Shown in pieces: positions 12,968 to 24,291 of a stretch of DNA of 64,000 bases. The notes below the pieces were generated by a model, which saw only the letters and a list, made by a program, of their open reading frames with translations, searched no databases and was not told the DNA's origin. A program made the position numbers and the translations under genes. Source of the stretch: Lingula anatina. Its lineage: Eukaryota; Animalia; Brachiopoda. The DNA lies in assembly GCA_051362555.1 (NCBI GenBank), contig CM120645.1, forward strand, positions 9,052,001 to 9,116,000, read 5' to 3'. Position 1 is the stretch's first letter. Every line of letters begins with the position of its first letter.

Positions 12968-15532
12968 TTACGTATCGACCTCCGTTAACATCAAAGCAAG
13001 AACATGTAATATTTAAAAAACTCAGACGATCATCGACATGATAAGTTTTCAACATGTTTTTAAATCTGTTTAAGGCTTTTCTAATACGTTATCATACCAG
13101 TATATATATACATATACATTACCAGCCAGTGAAGCTGTATTGATAATGATCCCACCGCTGCCACCTTTATCAGCTCTCATGTAACTCATGGCAACTGCTG
13201 CTACACGCATCATTCCACACTGGTAATTTAAAGTTTACGCACGATCAATTAAAATAAAGATTTGTTATATCTCGTTTTAAAAATTTGCAATATGTTTAAC
13301 ATTTTTTCTATAAAATATAATTTTAACTTAAATGTAGGTTTTTGGTTTTATTGCAACGTATACCAAGTAGCAGTAAATTCCATATGTCTAAACTGTTTAA
13401 AATATTTAAAACTCGAATTTATAGAGAAATACAAATCAGTAATTGAAAATCTCAAAATAGTTATTTTCCACATTTACGACCTTTGGAACAGGAATGATAT
13501 CATTTTGGAAAACTCACCAAATTCAAGTTGATTGTTCCTATGGGATCATTTTCCATTAGAACGCCCGCGTTATTTCCAATGATATCCAATCGACCATATG
13601 CATCTTTTGCTTTTCCTAACGCATCTGAACAAGAAATTGCAACTTTAAAAGTATTTTGTAGCTTTATTACACGCCAATGGCCAAGACTATTGAATGATAA
13701 TGTTAATATTTATAATAATATCGATTCAACTTTCAAATGTTTAAAGTGTATTTTTGTATCATTGAGACAATTCAGGCTGACATGGTGAAATGGAATCGGT
13801 GATATCTGGTGAATTCACCCACTTCTGTTTTAGAAGTCTAGTTTGATCATTATGTCCAGTCCTCAGGGAAAAATAGAATCAATGTGAGATCTCAGGCCAA
13901 GTTGGCACTTTGTCAATTGCAATCCACTCAAAAACAACTTTCATGAACTCGCACTAAAGCAACAGGTCATTATGTCTTTATTATAATAAAGCTTTTGCTT
14001 AAATATCATGTTCTCTGTATTCTTTTGAGCAATTTGTACTAAATTTGTATTTTGATAATGTGAGACTTGAAACACGTTAGTCTTAATATTGTTAATTTAA
14101 AACATATTTCATACGCCATGTAAGCCGTACGTATGAATACCTTCCACACTTTCTTGATCTGTGACGTCACATTCAATGAAGGTGATGTTATCAGCATACT
14201 CAGTGGCAAACTCTGACGCTGTCGACTTCCCCTCTGTGACGTTGATATCGGCTATAATAACCTGAGAAGAGAAGTGAGTCGTGTTGAAGTACAGTGTTCA
14301 CAAATGTGATACGTTTGTGTAACAATCTTGAAACCGAACAGATCAAAGAACAGTCAAGCAGAAAACTTTCTGTAATCTACAATTTTTTAAACTGGCCCTA
14401 AGTTCTGGCCAAAACCTTTGCACTGTAAATTAACCTCAAGCTGGGTAGTAAGCTAGAAGGCAGGTGGCATTTTTTACGTTTATGATAGGACTTGCGTCAC
14501 GGTCAACGCACAGGTATGGAAAGTGACACACAGCACGGCTAGGGTTACCTCTTCGCTTCAGTGTAACCAATGATTAGTAATACCTAACTTCATGCGTCTG
14601 GCATTCAAATTTTAGGTCAGCAACTGCATACTGGGAGTGATAAAACAATATTAATAACATGTACAATCAGTCGTTGAAGGTTTAAAGTTACACGTTGTAC
14701 AGTGTGTATAGTTCACGTTACGTCACCTTGGCTCCTTTTTTCAGCAGTGCCTCACATATAGCTCGTCCTATCCCCTGTGCCCCGCCAGTAACAAACGCCA
14801 CTTTGTCCTGGATTATCATAGTGTCATGAACTTCAGTGTCTTGTATGTAGTTTCCAATACTCCTCTCGTCTGTAGAGAACGGATACTTTCCTCGAACTAC
14901 AAAAGCAGGGTAAATCGAGAGAGAAAATCTCCGAAAACTCAAAAAGAATTGTTAAACCAATCACTGGCTAATATTATTTCTAAATAATTGAAAACAAAAA
15001 AATATGAAAAATGCATTCTCACGGTAGAATTAGACTTTAAAACGTTACAGTTAAATTAAAGAGTTAAAATGTCACGGCGGTACGTACCTGCTCTGCCTCA
15101 GAACAGTTAAGCAGAGCTATGTTCCTGTAAACTTACGGCGTGTCGAATGATGACTGAATGTTTTCTCACGATTTAGGGCTCAAGTGTCAAGTTACATGTA
15201 CATGTCCCGTTATGTATAATACGGATTTTGGGTAAAATCTGGGACAGATGCGTCCACTGCAGTAGAAAAGTTAAGTTGTTCAAGTTTGAATTTAACAGCT
15301 GAGCTGATGTGCTTCAACGCAATCGTGTTTTTAATATAATTTATCAACTCTCTTTCACTGCACAAGTTTATTTCTGGGGTCATATTAATGTGAATTGATA
15401 TTTTATAAGTTTTTATACTTATAAAAGTTGTTTTTTAGTTTCTTTATTACTTTACATTTTCGTGAAAAAAATTTAAACTATGTGCAACCAGAGTAGAGAC
15501 AGTTTTGTGACTCTGTTTTAACATTTATTCTA

Positions 15533-17188
15533 CAGCATTGGTCAAAAAGGTTGTCCCACCCCCATTTCCATGTACTTTTATTTACAAATGATAACCTTAC
15601 AGCCGTAAATTGTTAGAAATAGTGCTTTTTATTACGGATAGAGTGTCTAATGTGATTAATGGTTTAAAAAATACAAAATAGTGGTAAAAATATACATATT
15701 TTATACCATTTAGTAAAATTTATAAGAGGTACCCCCTCAAATCGACTGTTTCACTGTGACTTCTACAGATGTAAAGAAATGTCTATAAAATTGAAAAGAC
15801 GCCATCAAATGTCACCAAATTCACACACAATTAGCATTAGGGTGTGCTTGTTAAAGGTCACGTGCCTTACAGCGTGTGCGTCTACTGCGTACTGCAATTA
15901 TCTCCTGTAGATGGCGCGACAAGACTTCAACATGGGTAACAATTCTCTTATGTGGGATAATGTCCCATTCATCCTAAAGAGCGTGGCGGAATTGGTCAAG
16001 ATTATTTAGGAATTGGTTCTCCTCTGCAATGCATATTCCAATTTATGCCACAGGTGCTCAGTAGGATTAATATCAGGACTCAAAGACGGTTGTCCCATCC
16101 TCAGAGCCCTGTGTTTCTGCAACAAATCGTTTCCCAGACGAGAGCTATGAGCAAGTGCGTTGTCACAATGAAGCCAGTAGCATCCCTGAAGTCACCTCTT
16201 GCAAATGGAGTGAGATTTTTGTTGAGAATGTTACATTAAAATGCCCCTGTTACGTTTTGTTCCAAAAGGAACAATGTACTAATACCATGGGCTTGGAATG
16301 TTCTCCAAATGCGGATTGATCAGGCGATGTTACCCTACACACACCCTTCCGAGAGGCATTTTTTAACATGTCTATGGACCCTCTTTGACCATAGATGGGA
16401 TACAAGAAATAATTTGATTCGGCATCAAAATCGACTTCCTTCCAGTGATGGATGGCCAGGTTCAGGTGCCTGTGGGATCACTGAACGTAGCATTCTCAGC
16501 TGATATCTCATTCCATCTTCAAGAACTGACTTTGGGGTTAACTTCTGGCTTGGTCATGACTGCACACTTGCTCACACCTCTCGCCAGGCAAGTGTTTGTT
16601 GAAGAAACACAATGGTCTAAGGATGGAACCACCATCTTTGAGCCCTGATATTAAACTTACTAATGAACTGTGACATGAATTGGAGTGTGCAATGCAAAGG
16701 AGAACCAACCCCATAAAAACGCGGACCAACCCCCCAAACTTGCTTAAGAATAATGGGACAATATCCCACAAAACAGAATTGTTACCCATGTTGAAGTCTT
16801 GTCGCGCCATCTACAGGAGATAATTGCAGTACGCAGTAGACGCACACGCTGTAAGGCACGTGACCTTTAACAAGCACACCCTAATGCTAATTGTGTGTGA
16901 ATTTGGTGACATTTGATGGCGTCTTTTCAATTTTATAGACATTTCTTTACATCTGTAGAAGTCACAGTGAAACAGTCGATTTGAGGGGGTACCTCTTATA
17001 AATTTTACTAAATGGTATAAAATATGTATATTTTTACCACTATTTTGTATTTTTTAAACCATTAATCACGTTAGACACTGTATCCGTAATAAAAAGCACT
17101 ATTTCTAACAATTTAAGGCTGTAAGGTTATCATTTGTAAATAAAAGTACATGGAAATGGGGGTGGGACAACCTTTTTGACCAATGCTG
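15533..17188. mobile_element. Tc1/mariner-derived foldback element, 1656 bp, TIRs about 414 bp
   Basis: TA-CAGCATTGGTCAAAAAGG...CCTTTTTGACCAATGCTG-TA. Both arms carry decayed Tc1 transposase C-termini: SPDINPTEHLW on - (16080-16048) and SPDIKLTNEL*HELE...WDNIPQ on + (from 16641). Empty paralogous site at about 9750. Confidence 0.92.
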
Positions 17189-17534
17189 TATTGTTCTTTT
17201 CTATCCAGAGTCCAAGAGCTCAATGTGCCATAAATAATTGTAATTATACTGTATTATCTTTTATGAGTGCATGAATTGAGAGGAGTCGCCGAGGCTAGTT
17301 TGCTGTCAAAATTTGTTATCATACACAAAACAACATAATCAAATAGATGTAGGTTGAAAATGTCATTTTATTGACATTTGCACTTTGATTAATGTTCAAA
17401 GTACGAATGAAAAATACTGAGAGTTAGATATAAATCTATGAATGACAATCATGCATGTTATATAATTTTCAAGCTTAAAGATATAATTTACATTTCAGCA
17501 AAGATGGAGGGAAAAAGGGCCAATTATCTTTTTT

Positions 17535-17845
17535 ATGTTATCGTGTGTTCCCAAAGCGTATCATCATAAACGTCTTAATAAGGAGGCTCGTGCGGATTTA
17601 AATATGTGGAGGGCGTTTCCTCTCTCTTTCAACGACAGGGGATTCTTCCGTGACGAAGAATGGGATACCCCAAAGTATTACGCCTCTACACAGATGCCTC
17701 TAGGACAAGTGGGTTCGGTGCCTGCCTTGGCGATTACTGGTTTTACGGCCATTGGCCTCCAGAGACTGCATCTTTGCACATTACTATCTGGAAGTGTTAT
17801 TTCATCGTTGCTGCTTTTTTGCTCTGACAGGACCACGTGCGTGAG
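17535..17845 (+). mobile_element. DIRS/Ngaro-type retrotransposon relic (RT connection and RNase H fragment)
   Basis: HHKRLNKEARADLNMWRAF..SFN...FFRDEEW, then after a frameshift LRLYTDASRTSGFGACLGDYWFYGHWPP...HITI, resembling the RNase H region of tyrosine-recombinase retroelements. Internally deleted paralog at about 9830-10065. Confidence 0.75.
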
Positions 17846-18280
17846 CGAAAAGTAGTAATAACAATGAGGCTGTAATTTTTATTCTGAATTGAGTTTTTTA
17901 AGCCTATAGTTCTTTGGTAAAATTCAAAAGATAGTGAACTGGGTGAAAACTGTCCCCAGTCAAGTAAACAGTACATAAAAATTACACAAAATGTCCCTTG
18001 CTATCCTCCCGTCATTTACAAATTGAGCAAGTTCTGGAATTTTTGTCGCCTGCTCTTGGCTCTAACTTAGCTGTCTCCGGGCGTCCAAAACAGTATTTCT
18101 GATTTCCCGTCTGACCTTATAAAAGGGATTAATCTTTGAGTGAGGGAAGCAGGTTTGAAAGTCAAAAATGCTCGTCAATATTCATTATACTGGTACTGGT
18201 ATACCTCACGCACTTATTTGAACACGTGCTGTAAAATAAATGCATTTTTTATGAAAGTTGATATGTGTACATGTAATAGT

Positions 18281-18503
18281 GTTACTCATAATGATGAAAT
18301 TTAAATTGTTCAATTTCTACACAATAAGCTGAAAGCGTACCTGAGAGCTATCGTCCCAACACCTGGGACTTAATCAGTCACGCTGAATTTACCTGATAGT
18401 GTATAGTGACAGTGAATAGCGATCAGTTTAGTGACCTCGCATCCTTACCTATGCTTACTGTGTAGAAATTGAACAGTTGTAAATTTCATCATTGTGGATA
18501 AAC
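18281..18503. mobile_element. Palindromic MITE-like element
   Basis: AATGATGAAATTTAAATTGTTCAATTTCTACACA pairs with TGTGTAGAAATTGAACAGTTGTAAATTTCATCATT; absent from the homologous block at about 3570. Confidence 0.65.
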
Positions 18504-19706
18504 GCATTTTTCTCTTGATGAGGTAAGCGTATCTTTATTTTATAACAATCAACACTATGCACAGGCCCATGTTTAATAGAGTACTGTACGCCAGCTTTTA
18601 CTCAACTAGTTATGTGCCATTAGGCAAAAAAAAAAAAAAAAAAAAAAACTCCATAACCCGTTCCCCCAGCTGTCGAATATTTTAGAATGAATGTGCAACT
18701 TCAATTTTGCTCGTGTAACTTCAATTTTGTTGGCAGTTTTATGCGTTAAACGACACTGCAAATTTGCAGATTTTCTCTTTCTTATTTATCGTATTTAGAA
18801 TAAATTCTTTGCAATCTCTTGGGGTTATGAGTTAGTAATCGCAACTGTTGATGTTCTTTTTAAATTTAATTGTAAATTTTATCTTTATTTCAATCAAGTC
18901 AATAGTGGCAGATTAAATTCAGCTCATATTTCAAAATTCCATAGTATCTATGTATATAATTCATAAAGCAGTTATCTTTTTTTTTTACATACAGGTTCCC
19001 TCTTCCCTGAGTGATATGACATAAGCAAGTCCGAAAATAAAATCAGCAGAGTTGTAGTTTACAGGAAAAAAACTGGATGGAACTTATCAACATAAACTGA
19101 TTGAAGTAAAATTGAATATGACATTTTAAATGATTGTCAGGCACGTCACAAACTCTATTTATTTCAAAAGTAGGCATATATTCTACATGACTGTCATGTT
19201 GAAAAAATCCAAAACCAATATATAACTTGCATAAGGACAGGATACATAAGCAAATCAGATGAGATTTTTTTATTTGCACTGTTGAAAAAAAAAGAGATTT
19301 GCAAACATATATTGCATAAAACTGGAAAACTGCAACAACTTATTCATCTTTGTGCATTTGGTTTTTGTTTTTCTTTTTTAATAAAGAAATGTTTTATACG
19401 TTTGCACAAGTACTGCTACATTTATGTATAATTATTATTTATTATTATTATGTTCGAGTATAATGCAACCTGCACTTTTATATGTGTGCAGAGCTTTTGC
19501 GCATCTCTCTTATGTGCATGCGGCCATAAGCGAAATTTCACACGAAAAATTAATAAAGTTTCTTTCTTTGTCCATCGATTTTTTAATTTTCCGATTTTTC
19601 TTCGTCTAAAAAATAAACCAAGAATTATTTACAAATAACCAAAAAAGAAATTCAGATATATAAATGTAAGAGTAAAGATATGCCAGCCTTCTTTTGTAAG
19701 TGGTTG

Positions 19707-21751
19707 TCACTGATATACCGGAAACTCGATGTCTCGCGGAGGACCCTTTCTTGGGATAAGCACAGCCGCTCCATTCTTGCTTTCATCCTCAACCAGGTCT
19801 ATGAATACATCAGCCACTGCAGGTGGCCTAAGGGGAAAGAGAATTATATAAGAAATATATATAAACACTACATGTGCAGTATATCATAAAAAACAAAAAG
19901 AATGTATATGCCTACATTTTGTAAACCCTTTAAAACATGGAAACAGTACAACGTAACACATACTTTAGCATTGGCTGGTTCGCTGCATCTTTGACGTGAT
20001 CGTAATGGAAAATAAACCCTTTCTTTTCGCCGTCTTTGGAAACACGCTTCACCAGGGCCGTATCAACCGTATCTGGGCAAAGGCAGTTCATTCGTACTTT
20101 GTGCACATCAAAATCTGGACTCATCTGCAAAGTAAAATAAAATATACAGACAAAGATGTGCAGTACACGTACATCTCAACAATATTGCAAAACTTGCACC
20201 TGGAGTTATGGTGTGTTTCGTTTTTTTCTTCTACCTTACAACCTGCCTGCGCACCAGATGTTACAAAAATCAATTCTGTGAAATAACTTACAGCTATAGA
20301 CCTTGTGAATCCAACGATGCCATACTTTGAGGCACAATACGAGGGACAGGCAAAATAGGGCATAATGCCTGAAAGGATTAAAAGATCAAGATTCAACTTC
20401 AAATAATTATTGTCTATTAGCTAAAAAAAAAACAAAAAAAAAACCTTTTTCGTTGTTTTATTCCCTACCCAGAGCGAACCTGTTCAGGGTTTTAAATTGG
20501 TGTTAGATTGTGATATGTTTGCTTTGTAACTCTGACACAGTCAGATACCATCATAAAAATTCGAATGGTGTACTACGAGGGTGTGAAACACAGTCACGTG
20601 TCATTGTTTGCATTAAATGTGCTTTTTTATGAGATGTGAGCATCTCATTACTATGGTCCATCAAACAAAGGATATGTTACAACTATTTACTGAAAAAATC
20701 AGATGTAAGCTTTTCAAGAAGATACCCTGATACCAGGTTACAGTAATTATTATTCCGATTTTACGGGATTTTAAACGGTGTTGATAGCTGTTTAGGTGCA
20801 GGAGATTCACGATACGTCATCAACTGCAATAAGTGAATTCACCCCACCCATTTTTGGTTTTATTATATATTTTCAGCATTATCTAAGCGAATAAAGCAAA
20901 AATCCTAACGCATAAATCTCCCTTAACATCAGAGCGAGTAATATGTTTAGACGAACCTCAATGTGTCAAGCTTTCAACATGTGTTAAATCAGTATTATAG
21001 AAGTTTTCTATATGGCTACTTACATACGTTATCATATCAATATACAAATATATAAATATACATTACCACAATATGAAGCCATATTTATAATGATCCCACC
21101 GCCGCCACCTTTATCAGCTCTCATGTACCTCATGGCAACTGCTGCTACACGCATCTCTCCACACTAATATCATATAATTAAAAGCACGATCAATGGAGAA
21201 AATATATAGTGTGTTTTTTGTGATGATTAAGTCTATGTTTTGTCTCGTTTTAAAATTTAGAACTCATGCTCTTGCTGTAGGTTTCTCTTTAGGACTTGAC
21301 AATCCATTAACAATATGTTCAACATTTAATTCAATAAAATATAATTTTATTTTAAATGTAGGGTTTTGGTTTCACTGCTATGTATACCGAGTAGCAGTTA
21401 AGTTTATGAGTCTAAACTGTTAAAATATTTAAAACTAGAATTTCTAGCGAAATACAAATCAGTAACCGATAATTTAGATCCGAAGATTTAGTCCCCACAT
21501 TTGCGACCTTTGGAACAAGTATGACATAATTTTAGGAAACTCACCAAATTCAAGTTGATTGTTCCTATGGGATCATTTTCCATTAAGGCGCCCGCGTTAT
21601 TACCAATGATATCCACTCGACCGTATTTGTCATTCGCTTTCCTAAACGCATCTGAAGAAGAAATTGCAACTTTTAAAAGTTCTTGGTAGCTCTATTATAC
21701 GCCAAGGACTCAAATTATCAAATAACAATGACAAAAATATTATAAAATAGT

Positions 21752-21798
<47 letters not shown>

Positions 21799-22983
21799 GA
21801 GGTCATCTTAGCAGAAGTTTATAGGAGCAGAGCAGGGTCAGTGTAATTGGAGAAGTTTCAACGCTCTCATTCATTTCTTCAACCAGGTGAAATCTTATTC
21901 GATTCAAATTCAAATGATTAAAAAGTGAATTTTTGTATCATTTAGGCACTTCAGACTTATATGCTGATATGGAATCGGTGGCATTTGGTGAATTCTTCCC
22001 CTTCTGTTTCAGATGTCTAGTTTGTTAAATAATGCCAGTTCCAAGGGAAAATAGGAATGTGAGATCTAGGACCAAGTTGACACTGTGTCAATCCATTAAA
22101 AAAACAAGAGCTTACATGTACTGGTACCAAAGCAATGGGTCATTATGTCTTTATTATGATAAAGCTTTTGCTAAAATATCATTTCCGCACTCCCAAGCTG
22201 CGGTATTGCATTCTTATCAGCAATTTGGTCTAAATTTGTATTTTAATAATGTGAGATTTGAAATTATTTATGATTAAATGCCACAAACACGTAAGTCTTA
22301 ACATCATTAATTCAAAACATATTCCATATGTCTTTTAAGTTGTACTTATGAATACCTTCCACACTTTCTTGATTTGTAACGTCACATTCTATGAAGGTGA
22401 CGTTATCAGCATACTCAGTGGCAAACTCTGACGCTGTCGACTTCCCCTCTGTGACGTTGATATCCGCTATAATAACCTGAGAAGAGAAGTGAGTCGTGTT
22501 GAAGTATAGTGCAGACAAACGTGATACGTTTGTGTGAAAATCTCAAAACAGAAACAGAGCGTAAGTTCTGTATAAAACACCCGCACTCAGAATTAACTTC
22601 AAGCTGTGCATAAACTAGAAGGCAGGTGACATTTTTTTACGTTTATGATTGCTATCGTTTGAACGCTTTACGGTCAACGCACAAGTATGGAGAATAAAAT
22701 ACATCACGACTATGTTAATCTCTTGGTTCAGTGTACACATTGATGTAATACCTCCCTCAGACGTCTGGTATTCAACTTTTTAGGTCAGCGATTACATACT
22801 GGGTGCTAAAAAAACAACCTTACAATCAGTCGTTGAAGGTTACTTTAAAAGTTACACGTAATACAGTGTGTATAGTTCACGCTACGTCACCTTGGCTCCT
22901 TTTTTCAGCAGTGCCTCACATATAGCGCGCCCTATTCCCTGTGCCCCGCCAGTAACAAACCCTACTTTGTCCTGGATTATCAT
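19707..22983 (-). CDS. HPGD: HPGD-like SDR, copy 4 (intact)
   Basis: Exons 22983-22891, 22476-22356, 21651-21545, 21163-21067, 20368-20292, 20124-19964, 19827-19707. NMAS, CPSYCASK; ends YQ-TGA. Confidence 0.92.
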
Positions 22984-23255
22984 AGTGACATGAACTTCAG
23001 TGTCTTGTAGGTAGTTTCCAATACTTCCAGTACGTACGCAGAGAACGGTCCCTTTCCTCAAACTACAAAAGCAAATGGACGATACCTACGTAGCAGGGGT
23101 ATCTCGGGAGAGAAAATGGCCGAAAAGTCATTGAGTTTTAAAATATTGTTAAACAAATATTGTTAAATTGTTAAACAAAAAAATATCAAATGAAAACAAA
23201 AAGTTCTCACGGTAGACTTTGAAGATTCATGATAATTCACCGTATAAATCTTAAG

Positions 23256-23378
23256 GAAAAAAATAAGTATTACTACCATAATCCCCGAAGAAGGCCTAGG
23301 GGCGGAAAGCGTGACATCTGTATGACATCTGTAAAGTAGATCTTCAGAGATGCATCAGTAATAATACTTATTTTTTTC
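23256..23378. repeat. Short inverted-repeat insertion upstream of copy 4 ATG
   Basis: GAAAAAAATAAGTATTA...TAATACTTATTTTTTTC; the flanking word tcacggta(g/a)acttt is duplicated on either side. Confidence 0.5.
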
Positions 23379-24291
23379 ACGGTAAACTTTAAAACGTTAT
23401 ATTTAATTTAAAATTTAAAATGTCACGGCGGTACGTACCTGCTCTTCCTCAGAACCGTTAAGCAGGGATATGTTCCTGTAAACCTTTGGCGTGTCGAATG
23501 TTTGACTGAATGTTTTTTCGTGATTTATGGGTCAAGTATCAAGTTACATGTACGTTTGTATAATACGGATATTGTGTAATGTATAGGACTGGTGCGTCCA
23601 TTGCAGTAGAAAAGTTCCAGTTTAAATGTTATGGCTGAGCTGATGAAATTCAAGACAATCGCGTCATTTATTTATTTTATTAAATGCACAAATTAATCAT
23701 AAAAGTAAATCTTTTTCCAGAGCTTTGTTATTACTTTAGATTTTAATGAATAAATCTTATTAACTATGTGCAACAAGAGTGGATATTGTTTTGTGACACT
23801 CTTTTCAAATATATCGTGCTACTCTGTCCAGAAATTATTGTAATTATATTGTATTATCTTTTATGTAATCGTATTTGTTATATCTTGTATCAGTATGTGA
23901 TCGATATATGTACCAGGTTCAATGATTTGTAGGCCCATGAGGACGGGTGATTAATATACTTATATTTTCACATGTCACATAATTAATTAATGCTACCACT
24001 TAAAGTAGTGTGTTGAATTTTTTTACGGTTCGTCCATGCAGTCGAGAAAAATAATTCACGCCCACATGAGAAGCATGACAATAATTGAAAGGTAAATTGT
24101 AAAGGCGGTACAAGAGTACACGCGTTTTTCATAATGTAATGCACGGCCAGCGTATAAAATAACAGTTGGTAGTCAATGCAAAGCAAAATAAAAACACAAA
24201 AAATACCTTTTAACACAGGTGTTCAGTGTAATTCAATGCAATATTTTAATATGTATGCAAAGTATCCATGGATCGTATTCCGTAGTCTTTA

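Larger units (their letters stand above)
11102..14819 (-). pseudogene. HPGD: HPGD-like SDR, copy 3, probable pseudogene
   Basis: Exons 14819-14727, 14261-14141, 13624-13518, 13219-13123, 11759-11683, 11507-11348, 11222-11102. YxxxK reads NCVSK (codon 11730-11728). Exon 6 is 160 nt rather than 161 (CGT-TTTCC vs CGTGTTTCC in copy 2), giving a frameshift and a TGA ending at 11364. Confidence 0.85.
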
